Source of the DNA: a virus
Direction: 5' to 3' (one strand)
Virus record (IMG/VR): IMGVR_UViG_3300027667_000003
Span: 71,606-110,892 of that record
DNA: 39,287 bases
Part shown: in pieces, positions 10,048 through 20,164 of the stretch
Layout: each line of letters starts with the position of its first letter
Numbering within the stretch: the first letter of the stretch is position 1
Made by a program: the position numbers and the translations under genes
The notes under the pieces: model-generated
Told to the model about the DNA's origin: nothing
Seen by the model: only the letters and a program-made list of their open reading frames with translations
Database searches by the model: none

Positions 10048-10716
10048 TTAAAGTGTGTGAACACTGCCGGTGTCGGGGATTTCGTTCTCCGCTTGAACTT
10101 TCGACCAGGCGCTACTTGGAATTTCACTGCTTGACGGCTTATTAGTTGAATCATCCATCATTTGAAGAGCTTCTCTCCAACCAATGCCTGTATGATTAAC
10201 TAAAACTTTGCCACCACGAACGATGCGTTCTTGAGTATCAGTTAAATACCACTTCATCTTGCACAAAAAACATTTAACATACTGAGTATTATCAATGAAA
10301 CGGTGCAAATAAACGGCGTAATCTTTTGCTGCCGTCTTCATTCGAAATGCTCCGCCCTTCAAGTGCTTACAAGCTTTTTGCCTATCGATCATTGCTTGAT
10401 CTGCACCGCTGCGATTACGAGCGTATTGCTGTCTACGGTTCTCTATCCGATTGTACTCGTCTTCCTCAGATTTTGCCAATCGGGCTTCGCGAGCCGATGC
10501 GATCTTAGACTGTTCTAACAGTGCTGCAACTAATGACATAAGCTGATTAGCGTCCGGTGTCGCGGGTGCGGGAGTTGCGGGCGCTACGGGGGCTGCTTGA
10601 GCCGGTGCGTCCAACTTTGCTACCTCTGCTTGTACAACGGGATTCTGGGACTGAGCGCCCTTAGGGTCGCCGTCCTGTGATGCACCCTTATTGGGGTTTG
10701 ATCTCTCGATAATCAT
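10048..10716 (-). CDS. Hypothetical protein with coiled coil and C-x-H...C-x-x-C putative zinc site
   Basis: 222 aa; AGGAG RBS; ACKH...KCFLC. Confidence 0.75.
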   Translation of the reverse strand: MIIERSNPNKGASQDGDPKGAQSQNPVVQAEVAKLDAPAQAAPVAPATPAPATPDANQLMSLVAALLEQSKIASAREARLAKSEEDEYNRIENRRQQYARNRSGADQAMIDRQKACKHLKGGAFRMKTAAKDYAVYLHRFIDNTQYVKCFLCKMKWYLTDTQERIVRGGKVLVNHTGIGWREALQMMDDSTNKPSSSEIPSSAWSKVQAENEIPDTGSVHTL

Positions 10717-10762
10717 TTTACTTCTCCTGTGTGTTGCCTGTTAATATACTGCCGTTTGTTGC

Positions 10763-11416
10763 CTAGAACCCGTCAAGGATCTCAACATCTTTATGTCGAT
10801 GACGGAATTCAAAAAGCGATCTGCGATATCGGCGACTAACGATACTATCTGTAGGCCGTCCAAATATCTCAGTGGCTCGTCGTTCTGTTATAACCTGTCT
10901 CTTTACTAACTCAACTACGACTGACCTCCAACCACGGTATTCAAGTCCGTCGGGAAGCCCGTGCGGGTCGAGATGAAGTACATCCCACTCGATCATTGCC
11001 GGAATTTGAATGAACGTGACGTACCGAACATTCATTCCCGTTTTCGTGGGAACAATTGACCAAAGGCCTGCTGTCCCTGCCATACCATTATAAACCGCTG
11101 CACATCTGATTCCATTGTCTCGAAGCTTTAAAACAAACTCCTTGGACCCGATGATGTTTACGTTGCGGGCTTTGAAGTCGATCAATTGTTCTTGATCTTC
11201 CATACGGTATTCAGCGACCATGTTGCAAGAGGTTTCATAATCGTACGCGGCTGATTCCTTAGCGTATTGTTTGTAATCCTCGGGGTGTGAAAACCAATCT
11301 GGAGTTCCGTCTTTGAGGAGTTCTTTAATTGTTGCTTGTGTAGTTGCTGTATCGTGAGTTGCTACAATCGGATTATTTTCGATCTTCTTATACTCAGGAT
11401 TGATACTCCACGGCAT
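10763..11416 (-). CDS. Hypothetical protein (head module)
   Basis: 217-aa ORF; start overlaps the 3' end of the GIY-YIG gene. Confidence 0.75.
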   Translation of the reverse strand: MPWSINPEYKKIENNPIVATHDTATTQATIKELLKDGTPDWFSHPEDYKQYAKESAAYDYETSCNMVAEYRMEDQEQLIDFKARNVNIIGSKEFVLKLRDNGIRCAAVYNGMAGTAGLWSIVPTKTGMNVRYVTFIQIPAMIEWDVLHLDPHGLPDGLEYRGWRSVVVELVKRQVITERRATEIFGRPTDSIVSRRYRRSLFEFRHRHKDVEILDGF

Positions 11417-12056
11417 TTTGGTTCGCCTCTCTAATACGTCTATTCTTTTGAGCTTCTGCTATTCGCTTCCTTGCTTCGTCTGATCGTTTAACACCTAAAT
11501 GCACTTGATGATGTCTAAGAAGTTGCTCGGGGTTTAACTTTCGTCCTTTCAGTGCTTCAGATTGCTTTCTTTTTGTTTCATCTGATCGTTTCAAACCTCG
11601 ACGAGATTCGTTAGCTCTTAATTGCGACTGCTCAGATAATCTCTTACCTTTGTGAACTTCTGATAGTCTTTTTCTAGTTTCTTCGGATGGTTTTATACCG
11701 AGATGAGATTTTGATATCTTCTTTCTGGTTTCTTCGTTGGGATGAACACCGATCGTGCCGTCTCCACCATCTGTAAGATTATACCCTTTCTCTGAATTTC
11801 TTAGATTAAATGCTTTTATCAAACCGATTTCGTACCTGTCCGTCTCCCACTTAGAACCCACAACGACGAGAGGTCTAATTGAGAAATTTTCTATGCCATA
11901 TTTACAAAATGCTTGATACAATACTATTCGAGTAGTCTTTATAAGCCTCTTAGCGGTACAGACCTTTCTTCTTAGGTATTTTTCTAAATTATTACCTGAA
12001 TGCTGCCCGACATATTGTTTTCCGTTAACTCTATTTGTGATTAGATAAACAAACAT
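11394..12056 (-). CDS. GIY-YIG homing endonuclease with NUMOD3 repeats (free-standing, directly downstream of the intron-containing capsid gene)
   Basis: MFVYLITNRVNGKQYVGQH, GYNLTDGGDG, repeated (H/R)SEET(R/K)K(K/R).S motifs; start ATG 12056 with GAGGAG RBS. Confidence 0.92.
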   Translation of the reverse strand: MFVYLITNRVNGKQYVGQHSGNNLEKYLRRKVCTAKRLIKTTRIVLYQAFCKYGIENFSIRPLVVVGSKWETDRYEIGLIKAFNLRNSEKGYNLTDGGDGTIGVHPNEETRKKISKSHLGIKPSEETRKRLSEVHKGKRLSEQSQLRANESRRGLKRSDETKRKQSEALKGRKLNPEQLLRHHQVHLGVKRSDEARKRIAEAQKNRRIREANQNAVEYQS

Positions 12057-12058
12057 TT

Positions 12059-12106
12059 TTCTCTCCTCAAAAGAGAACGAATCGGGGTGTGTTTGAGGCA
12101 CACCCC
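12059..12106 (-). promoter_or_regulatory. Kissing-loop RBS-sequestering RNA element (copy 1)
   Basis: GGGGTGTG-CCTCAAA-CACACCCC ... TTCTCT-TTTGAGG-AGAGAA; loops are exact complements. Confidence 0.75.
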
Positions 12107-12154
12107 TATCGAGAAACCTTAACACAAGTTGCAACCTATGTCAAGGAGATTTTG

Positions 12155-12239
12155 CTATTGGATCGCGGGCACACTGTCTATAAATCTGATCCTCTGTGTA
12201 TTGAGGCCGGTGGCCGGGGGAAGCGTGATGGTTTGGTGG
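12155..12239 (-). CDS. Major capsid protein, exon 2 ((F)HQTITLPPATGLNTQRIRFIDSVPAIQ*)
   Basis: Removing 12240..12478 joins TT|C (Phe) in frame, giving a 341-aa protein with a plausible capsid C-terminus. Confidence 0.88.
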
Positions 12240-12478
12240 CTAAATGTTACGCCGCTCTTTCGAGCGTGAGTCAGTCATTTCTGCTGACTTCTCATGATTG
12301 TTGTCTCATGAGAACAGACTATCGCATCGCCCCAAAGGGCGTTCTCTCGCTTAGTCGTTCACGGTGCCTTTCGGCTTCCGCCTTGTCGCCCACTCGGGGG
12401 TTCAAGTCGATCAGAGAGAATTATCTACTAACAGATTACGCTGCTAGGAGTCCGCGATCTTCATCTTGAAGATCTTCA
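12240..12478 (-). mobile_element. Group I self-splicing intron (239 nt, no internal ORF) in major capsid gene
   Basis: Exon ends in U with U.G in P1 (AGUU/GACU); intron ends in G. P2 CUAGCAG/CUGUUAG, P3 UUCUCUC/GAGAGAA, P6 GCC-GAAA-GGC, P7 GACUA/UAGUC (AACGACUA...GAUAGUC), P8 CGCCC/GGGCG, P9 hairpins including CGCUC-GAAA-GAGCG. Confidence 0.92.
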
Positions 12479-13419
12479 AACTTATAAGAACACCATCCGC
12501 CAATTGTTGCCGTGGGATCGAAGCTCGACGGTGGCGCGTCGGTTACAACGCGACAGTCGATCGTGCGCCAATCTCCTTCGTCCAGATCCGTGTCGCCCGG
12601 AACTTCGAGCCACACGCCGATCATCGCATAGTTCCCGAACACATAGGAACGATACGCGGTCGAACCAGAACCCTTATAGTTCGGGGTCGTGGTGACGAAC
12701 GGGGTCTGACGGATCACGATATTCGTGCCCGGCAGTTCCAACTCAGCCTTCTGATCGGAACCCGCCATCTTGTCGAACTTATCCTGCATGCCGTACTTCC
12801 AAAAATCCACGATTGAGTTATTAACAGTCGTGGCATTGTAAATATCGCCCAAGACGTTCGAACTCACAACGCCCATATACTTCCCCTTTTTGCAAGGGAG
12901 AACGTTATGTGAAACCAATTGCTGCTTGAGTTCTCGATAAGTTCCGAGATCAAGAGTGAACGGCGAAGACAGCAAACCGCTTTGGTTGACGTTAGCATCG
13001 ACGCCAGCCGCGGAGTCCGCTACTGCGCTGTACAGTTCGGAAATGGTCTGACCGCCCTGGTATCCCAGTTCGACAGCCGAGTTCCCGACCACCTCATCAA
13101 TTGCGGATGCGATAACCATCGAACTGAAGTTCGAATAGTTGTTCCATTCGCCAACCTGCGCCGGAGCGGAGATCTGAGAGATGAGTTCCGGCGATCCAAC
13201 AGTACCGTCCGCTGACTGCGCGGTGTCCGCGCCCAACGTATTGTACTGAAAGAAAGTCCGGTTGATACCCATGTGCAAAGGCTGCACACGTCGTTCTGCG
13301 GCCGCAACGAATGCGTCCGTTTCGCCTTTCAGGTTCGGAATCAATTCTTTGTCGAACAGAATCGCCTGGGCGGTTAATACGTTTCCTACGTTTTGTGCTG
13401 AGGGGTTAGGACCACTCAT
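12479..13419 (-). CDS. Major capsid protein, exon 1 (HK97 fold, N4 gp56-like)
   Basis: Position after portal and scaffold; size; 'FDP...GW..KF' C-terminal region; the ORF-track tail EDLQDEDRGLLAA is intron sequence. Confidence 0.85.
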
Positions 13420-13459
13420 AATTCACCTGCAAAAACTGGAGTCAAGCTTCGTGCTTCGT

Positions 13460-15061
13460 TTAGGCTTTGATGCCTATTGCATTGAGTTGCTTTACGAAGT
13501 TCGGATCCTTCAACTTCCGACGAAAGGTTGCCCTTCCCTCAGGAGTATTAGTCATCCTCGCGACCTCTTGTTTTGTTAGTCCGGCAGGTTTTGTCGTACC
13601 TGTTGCCCGCCCCCCATGGAGCGTGCCTGGTTCGATTCCTGCCGCCGGAAGCTTACGAGCCGGTAGCTCTGGCGGATTAATCGCCGCTACTGGTGCCTCA
13701 ACCGGAGTTGATGCAGCGGCCGAAGCCGTTGCCGCAACTGGTGCAGTAGCCGCCGCGGTATTGGCCGCCGCTTGCTCCTGCTCAATCTTTTTCTTTGCTT
13801 CTACTTCTGCGGCCGCTTTAGCTGTCGCTTCGGCTTCCGCTTGAACTCTTGCTGCCTCGGCATCCGCCGCGGTCGTATCTGCAACCTGGGGAGGATTGTT
13901 CTCCACACGAGGCGCTAATTCTTTTTCTCTTTCTGCAAAAGCTAACTCAAGATTATCCACAGTCCATTCGAGTTTGTTTTCCTGGATATAATCCCCTAAA
14001 ATCTTTGCGTTTGCTTCACAAGCATTAAACTCGGGATGATTCTTTCTGAACTCAAGACTTACCGCTTGTCCTCGATTAAAATCTTCTTGGCGACGATTTT
14101 TAAGCTGTAACTTCCTGGCCTCATTCAACTCAAAAGCGACCTTGGCTTTCGATTGAGCGATCTCGTCTTTAGATTCTAAATCTTTCTGAATCTTTAAAAG
14201 TTGCTCTTCTGATAGAAGCTCTATGGGCACTTCCGGTTGTTTAAATTCCGGCTTGATCGATGCCCGCTTCTTCATACGCTCTGCGAAACGCACAGCATTC
14301 TCATGACAGGCTTGTAACTTCTCTGCCATCTCTTCCCAAGAATCTGCTTCGAGATGTGTAGGACGCCCAATGGGGTTTCCTGCCTCATCCCTATTCTGAT
14401 ACTCACGTATAATCTTTTCTTTAGGCTTAGCCGCCTCTTCTGCAATAATCCGTTGAGCGTCTTCTAAAGATTTTTTCTCGGCTTCTGATTTTGCTGCAAC
14501 GTCGGCTGCGATCTTATCCGCCGCTACTTTATCGGCCGCTGCTTTCTCATCAGCTTCTTTTTGGGCGGCTTCGGCCGCGAGACGCTCAGCTTCTTTAGCT
14601 TGCGCATCTTCCACTGCGGCTTTCTCTGCTACTCGACGATCCAATTCAGCTTGTCTCTCTGCCGGTCGCAATGAGTTCAAATACGAATCGTCTCTTTCTT
14701 GAGCTATCCTAGCGGCTTCTTCTACCCGCTCTGCTTCGGCTTGCGCGGCAATCTGAGCCTCATACTCAGTCTTGCGCTCTTCCGAGGTCATACGCGAAAG
14801 ACGAACAACCTCTGCTTCGCGATCCCTCTGGGCCTTCTCACGCTCTGCATCTAGCTCTTGTTTACGTTGAAGCTTTGCTGCCTCAAGGGCACCCAACCTC
14901 TCATTCTGACCTGTAAGCTGAGCGGCAACTTCCTCTGACTTCTGACGAAGAACCTCGTCAATTTCCGCTCGACGAGTAGCCATCTCGGTCTTCATCTTAG
15001 CGCCGTCCCACTTCATAATTTCTTCATACGTCAAAGTCGTTACTTTCGTTTCGTTTTCCAT
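13460..15061 (-). CDS. Capsid scaffolding protein
   Basis: 533 aa, Glu/Ala/Lys coiled coil, Pro/Ala linker and short basic C-terminal helix; immediately upstream of capsid. Confidence 0.75.
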   Translation of the reverse strand: MENETKVTTLTYEEIMKWDGAKMKTEMATRRAEIDEVLRQKSEEVAAQLTGQNERLGALEAAKLQRKQELDAEREKAQRDREAEVVRLSRMTSEERKTEYEAQIAAQAEAERVEEAARIAQERDDSYLNSLRPAERQAELDRRVAEKAAVEDAQAKEAERLAAEAAQKEADEKAAADKVAADKIAADVAAKSEAEKKSLEDAQRIIAEEAAKPKEKIIREYQNRDEAGNPIGRPTHLEADSWEEMAEKLQACHENAVRFAERMKKRASIKPEFKQPEVPIELLSEEQLLKIQKDLESKDEIAQSKAKVAFELNEARKLQLKNRRQEDFNRGQAVSLEFRKNHPEFNACEANAKILGDYIQENKLEWTVDNLELAFAEREKELAPRVENNPPQVADTTAADAEAARVQAEAEATAKAAAEVEAKKKIEQEQAAANTAAATAPVAATASAAASTPVEAPVAAINPPELPARKLPAAGIEPGTLHGGRATGTTKPAGLTKQEVARMTNTPEGRATFRRKLKDPNFVKQLNAIGIKA

Positions 15062-15090
15062 TTGATTTTCCTTACATTAGATTGTGATAC

Positions 15091-15462
15091 TCAAACCCGT
15101 GGGGGTTTAATTCTTGCCGAACCGAAGACTGAACTAACAACCGAACGATCTACGCCGGCTGCTTCCACGCCTTCTTCAAGCTTTCTCTGCTCTTCCAACA
15201 TCTCACCTGACATCTCGTGCATCGTAACCGATTTAATTATAGCGGCACAAAGCTCATTGATAAGACTTGCATCTGTCTGATATATCTTTACCAGACGATC
15301 GTAATCGGGGTTATCTCTTTTTAATTTGATAACCTTAGTGGTAGCCTGAAGACAAGCATTCTCCAACAACTTTAAAAAAACTAACCAGCCGGGATGTTTT
15401 GTAAGACTGCCTAAATAAAGCTTTTCATCCAAGCCTAAACCTTCATAACTAAGTGCATCCAT
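15091..15462 (-). CDS. Small helical protein between portal and scaffold
   Basis: 123 aa; AGGAG RBS; 'HPGW..F' motif; syntenic position typical of podovirus-like head modules. Confidence 0.7.
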   Translation of the reverse strand: MDALSYEGLGLDEKLYLGSLTKHPGWLVFLKLLENACLQATTKVIKLKRDNPDYDRLVKIYQTDASLINELCAAIIKSVTMHEMSGEMLEEQRKLEEGVEAAGVDRSVVSSVFGSARIKPPRV

Positions 15463-15479
15463 TGGGTACTCCTATTATT

Positions 15480-17624
15480 TTAAAGCGCTGATACATCTCC
15501 GAAACCTTTTGTTGTCGGGGTGCCCTCAACTTCAGGTGTAGTCAAAGCAGCTTCGGTTGTTTGTCGTAATGCTTCCGCACCCGCTTTACCTAATTGTTTT
15601 TGATCTTCTAACGTCTCTTCATGTTGGAATTGTTGTAATTGCGATTGCTGCTGTGCCTGCAACTGTCGGGCTTGCAAAGCTGCCGGCGAATTAGCGTCAT
15701 GCTTCTGCTTCTCATCGGGTGTCATCTTACGCAAGAAATCATTACTAAATTTCCAACCCGACATATCTGTGAGAGCTTTAAAGATTGCCAAGCCGTCGAA
15801 CATATAACCCGCGTCAGCGACGTTGGCCGAAAACGTGGGATTATTCAAAAGCTGCATAACTTGTGGGATGGCCTGAAGCATTTCACGTTTCGGACCCAGA
15901 TGAGCACCGGCCAAAACTTCATATTCAATTTTGGCGTTGCGGAACTCCTCATGATCTACTTCGTACGTCTCATTCATCTCCTCGCTTAATACATCGCGAA
16001 GAACTCGGGACGGAAGATAATCGTTGTTAAGCTCATCCATTTGATACAGCCAGGGTACAAAAATCTGACGGATAAATCTTCCGTCAGGGCCGTCTAGTCT
16101 AGATGCGTTAGCCTGAACGACAGCCGCGGCACCGGTGCCGGATCGAGCACCAGATGTACGAGCACCTGACAAAGTATTGCCTTGTCCGAACAACTCATTT
16201 GAGCCTGATGTCGAAGCTCCCGTTGACTGAGCCTGTTGAATGAACTGCCAAGCCTCACCCGGAACCGGAGGCATGGTCATAAATTTAAATGATTTGTCAA
16301 CATCATCGTCCACATCGATAATGCCGCCCAACTTCCATCGCGTAGCTTGTGTTGGTGTGTTGAAACCTTTTTTACGTATAGCAGTGGGCTGTAGACCGTA
16401 AGCCAATAGATCGAGTGCAAGATTGGTTACACCCTGCTCCACTAATTGTTCGCTTCCGATCAGTACTCCCAATCCCTGTCCGTAAAAACAATCGGGAATG
16501 TTCCGCCAGTTTGCACTGAAGAAGGGAATCTTACCGTAAGGATTCTCTTCGTTACGTATCAAGATGTTATGCCCATTACAAGACAACACAACTATGACAC
16601 GTTCTTTATCCCAACGCTCTAATATCTCAAGACCGTTACCTGTAGGATCTGCGGTAGTCTTATAGTTACGAGGAACGGCGTGTTGAAGATATCCCCTCAT
16701 TCCTTCCGGAATAGTCAAACTAAGATTATCGGAACCGGGTGTACTATCTTTTCCCCGCATGAAGAGTTGTTTTAAAACAGCTTCTTCAGGAATCTCATAA
16801 CCATCAACACCACGAAGAATATCCAAATCCTGGTATGTCGCGAAGTCGCGATAAACAACATGATGAGCCCGGCGGATATCGCCGTAACGACATCCCGGAT
16901 CCACAAACACCGTGCGTATGTCGCAGTATTTAATCCAAGGTCGGGAGACTATCTTATCTTCATACACAACTTCAAAATCATCTGATACCGTTGTATGAAT
17001 TGGTTTGGGGCCGGTCGGAGTCTCAAGAGTCTGAGGCACGCCTTTTCTCCGACGCTTTTTGATCTTATCTTTATGTTCGGTGTATCCCCACTTCATGATA
17101 CAAGTACCCAACAAAGCCATCTGATCTAATGCTCGTTCCGACTCTTCCTCAAACTTCATATCCCAAAGCTGATATGAAAATAAAGCAGTCTTGGCACGAA
17201 CGATATCTTGAGTAGTTCCTGGACGTGGCCGAAGAAGAAACGGGGGATCCTCATAAAAAATTCCGCCCATCAACTTCGGAACAATTGCTGAAATGTGATT
17301 CGAAACCATGAACTTCGGGACATTAGCCTGCGCTACATTGCCGCCGTCAAAAGCGGATGCGGTCGCCGGCGACTGATACAAAGTGTCTGCCAAAGTCCAA
17401 CCTGAAGCCCATTGCAAAACATTAATGTAATTTTCAGCAAAAGACAAGTCATCAATTACGAGTTTAACGGCTGCTTTATCATCGAACTCAAATTGTTCTG
17501 TTAGCGAACTCCAAGTGACATTATCATCAGTCATCTCATTCGCAGGCTCGACGTACAACGCCTCGATTTTCTCTTCGGCTTTAGATGTGCGGGACGAGCC
17601 GGACAATAGATTGTTATCTGACAT
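15480..17624 (-). CDS. Portal protein
   Basis: 714 aa directly after terminase; 'NPYGKIPFF', 'FYGQGLG', Gln-rich C-terminal helix as in P22-like portals. Confidence 0.85.
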   Translation of the reverse strand: MSDNNLLSGSSRTSKAEEKIEALYVEPANEMTDDNVTWSSLTEQFEFDDKAAVKLVIDDLSFAENYINVLQWASGWTLADTLYQSPATASAFDGGNVAQANVPKFMVSNHISAIVPKLMGGIFYEDPPFLLRPRPGTTQDIVRAKTALFSYQLWDMKFEEESERALDQMALLGTCIMKWGYTEHKDKIKKRRRKGVPQTLETPTGPKPIHTTVSDDFEVVYEDKIVSRPWIKYCDIRTVFVDPGCRYGDIRRAHHVVYRDFATYQDLDILRGVDGYEIPEEAVLKQLFMRGKDSTPGSDNLSLTIPEGMRGYLQHAVPRNYKTTADPTGNGLEILERWDKERVIVVLSCNGHNILIRNEENPYGKIPFFSANWRNIPDCFYGQGLGVLIGSEQLVEQGVTNLALDLLAYGLQPTAIRKKGFNTPTQATRWKLGGIIDVDDDVDKSFKFMTMPPVPGEAWQFIQQAQSTGASTSGSNELFGQGNTLSGARTSGARSGTGAAAVVQANASRLDGPDGRFIRQIFVPWLYQMDELNNDYLPSRVLRDVLSEEMNETYEVDHEEFRNAKIEYEVLAGAHLGPKREMLQAIPQVMQLLNNPTFSANVADAGYMFDGLAIFKALTDMSGWKFSNDFLRKMTPDEKQKHDANSPAALQARQLQAQQQSQLQQFQHEETLEDQKQLGKAGAEALRQTTEAALTTPEVEGTPTTKGFGDVSAL

Positions 17625-17630
17625 TAAATC

Positions 17631-19793
17631 TTATTGCTCCTCGTTTCCGTCTTTCTTAGACCCTCGACTGAAACCGATCGTCGGCCCCGATCTTTGAAAT
17701 CTACCCAATTGACTCAATGCTTCATGAATTGGATCTACAGCGGGGGGCTCTTCGAGGGACTGTTGAGTGTTAATATAAGTCGTAGATGTCGGCCCCACGC
17801 CATGAATCATATTATAAAAAGCACGACGACGTTCCTTCTTCTCTAAATCTTCTCGAACTTCTTTTTCTTCTTCTGTATGAACACTTGCAATGTATGGTAA
17901 AATCTTTTCAACGTATCCCATCGCGTCCGGAAGATCGTCTTTCCTACCAGATTTTGAAGTCTTATGTAATTTTTTATCACCGTTGTATCTAACTAACTGC
18001 CTAACCATCTCTTCAATTCCGGTACAATTACCGAACCGCAAAAGTTCTTTCTCGTGTAAAAGTTGAAGGCCGCGAATCCTTTTTTCTTTTGCCCCACGAG
18101 TTCCTTCAGGTGTAAACCAACTTATATTATGAGAAACTCTTCGCAATTGAAGCTGTTGTAAAACTTCATTTTTGAATGAGCCGGCTTGACCTGGAATTTC
18201 TTCTACATATGCAGAACAATCCCACTTAATCATCATCTCGACAATTTGTCGGGCTATTTCTTTATCGGAGGCGTGGACAGCACGAGTCTCTGGGAACCAA
18301 ATAAGAGGATCTTGATCCTCTCCCTTATCTTCAATACCCGCCGCAACCAAAGCATTCCAATCAGATTTTCTTCCGTCCGTAAGGGCTGTGTCTACAAAAA
18401 TCGCTTTTCTCGAAAATGTAACCGGAATCTCAGATATCCTTTTTACTTTTGCATAGATATTTTCTTCAGTAAAAGTGTTAATATAAGGAGCATCATCGCC
18501 ATCTGTCAAAGCTGCTGGTTGATTCAGTTGCTGACAACGGAAATTTCGCTCATTATCTACAGCCTTCGCTTTCAAAATTTTGAAAAGACCGGGACCGTAA
18601 TCCATTAAAAGCTCAACGTCCTCCGAAACATAATCTTTGAACTTCTTTCCGGATGCGTGCGATAAAGTCACCCAGGCGGGTTTTATCAAAATCTCCCACC
18701 TATCATCTTCCGACTTTTCTATACGACGAATAATCTCACCGTACAAATCCCGCACTCGCGTATCTTTCTCGTCGTCCTGCTGACCGTCTGGATTATCGCC
18801 AGGCGCACCGTCCGTGTATCGAGTTCCGACTACAGTACAATAACCGTAAGGTCGAATAATCAACTCGCACACAAGATCAAATGTTTCCGCGACGGACATT
18901 CTCTGTTCAGGTTTTTTATAATTCTTATCATCCTGGGCGTCATCAAATGTCACATGCGTTGCACGAAAACCCGCTGTACTCGATTCAACTGATGTGTAAG
19001 CCAGAGTTGCATACGGAATATCTAAGTGCGCCATTGGGCATCTATACTCTGTGCCTTCGCCGTCACCTACCGGTATACAAAACTCGGGAAAATAGCATTG
19101 AAAATCTGTCGGCTCATTGTAATTCTTGACTTCAAAATGAGATCGAACTTCCTCAATTCTTAGCTTTCCCAATTTTCGAGTACTCGTACAAATCAAATGG
19201 GTTGTGTCTGGTGCGTTCAATATCCACTGAATAATATCAATAAGACACGCTGTAGTTTTTCTGAAACCCCGAGGGAACTCTAATAAGCGATTATGTTTTT
19301 CAGACTGATCTAACAACCACTCGTTGAGTTGGTCCTGTGTATACTTAACAGGAAGCGTACTATTATCTTTTTTGACGAAGAAATCAAACAATATACGATG
19401 TGCCTTCTCGTGCCACTTACCTTTGTGTCCGTATAGATTATTTGCTAGATCCCACATTTCAGCGCGGAGTTCCCGGCGACGGGCAAGCCAAGTATCAATA
19501 TCAATCTCTTTTTCGGAGCCTTCTAGCTTTCGGCCAAAGACTTTGATGCGCTTAATCTTGTTCCGGTCTTCTTTATCTTTTTTCTTGGGCGTGTTATCCG
19601 CAATCGACGATTGGTCGGCATTCTTATCAAAGCCGTTGAAGACGCACCACAACTGAAAAGGCGTTAATAACTCGCCGGGTATAGGCTCACTGTCCTGTAA
19701 ACTTTTTACAAACTCTTTTGCTTCTTTTTTCTTCTGGGCGTACTTCTTATTGTACTCGCGTTTCTCTTCACCTGAAAAAGCCATTGGACACAT
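17631..19793 (-). CDS. terL: Terminase large subunit
   Basis: Walker A-like FPRGFRKTT, Walker B VTFDD, coupling motif VGTRY, nuclease acidic residues (FVDTA, SDWNA, KDDLPDA). Confidence 0.92.
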   Translation of the reverse strand: MCPMAFSGEEKREYNKKYAQKKKEAKEFVKSLQDSEPIPGELLTPFQLWCVFNGFDKNADQSSIADNTPKKKDKEDRNKIKRIKVFGRKLEGSEKEIDIDTWLARRRELRAEMWDLANNLYGHKGKWHEKAHRILFDFFVKKDNSTLPVKYTQDQLNEWLLDQSEKHNRLLEFPRGFRKTTACLIDIIQWILNAPDTTHLICTSTRKLGKLRIEEVRSHFEVKNYNEPTDFQCYFPEFCIPVGDGEGTEYRCPMAHLDIPYATLAYTSVESSTAGFRATHVTFDDAQDDKNYKKPEQRMSVAETFDLVCELIIRPYGYCTVVGTRYTDGAPGDNPDGQQDDEKDTRVRDLYGEIIRRIEKSEDDRWEILIKPAWVTLSHASGKKFKDYVSEDVELLMDYGPGLFKILKAKAVDNERNFRCQQLNQPAALTDGDDAPYINTFTEENIYAKVKRISEIPVTFSRKAIFVDTALTDGRKSDWNALVAAGIEDKGEDQDPLIWFPETRAVHASDKEIARQIVEMMIKWDCSAYVEEIPGQAGSFKNEVLQQLQLRRVSHNISWFTPEGTRGAKEKRIRGLQLLHEKELLRFGNCTGIEEMVRQLVRYNGDKKLHKTSKSGRKDDLPDAMGYVEKILPYIASVHTEEEKEVREDLEKKERRRAFYNMIHGVGPTSTTYINTQQSLEEPPAVDPIHEALSQLGRFQRSGPTIGFSRGSKKDGNEEQ

Positions 19794-19810
19794 CCTATAA
19801 AAACTATTGT

Positions 19811-20068
19811 TTACTGATCAACTGCTTTCGCTTGCTCCTGTCGCCATTTGATTCCGGAAGCGACATCACTGACTTCTTTAGAAAGACCTGCCGGTTTATT
19901 CCCCGAATCGGCGGATGACTTAGCCGCGGATTCGGCCGCTTTATGGGCCATAGCATAAGGCGCGTTGGAATAAGAATGACCGGATTGCTTATCCACGCTA
20001 CCAGTAAAACTCTTCGCTGACTTCAAAGCATTAGCGGCCGCGGTAAGCGGGCCTACTGAACTGGACAT
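19811..20068 (-). CDS. Small Ala/Ser/Lys-rich hypothetical protein
   Basis: 85 aa; AGGAG RBS. Confidence 0.7.
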   Translation of the reverse strand: MSSSVGPLTAAANALKSAKSFTGSVDKQSGHSYSNAPYAMAHKAAESAAKSSADSGNKPAGLSKEVSDVASGIKWRQEQAKAVDQ

Positions 20069-20164
20069 AACATCTCCTAAAAGAATAAGTGGGGATTGTG
20101 CCTACTTCCGCATGGCGGCGGCTTGGATCGATCCCCTGCGACTTTCGCGCTTTGGTAGGCAATC

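Noticed and set aside
12057-12134. N-terminal extension of the GIY-YIG ORF from 12134
   Set aside because: No RBS; covers the kissing-loop element; GIY motif and SD support ATG 12056
12436-12478. ORF-track capsid C-terminus EDLQDEDRGLLAA
   Set aside because: It is read-through into the group I intron; the true C-terminus is exon 2
20115-20135. GAUCCAAGCC resembles the twister ribozyme core
   Set aside because: Could not place the UAA cleavage strand, P2 or second pseudoknot consistently
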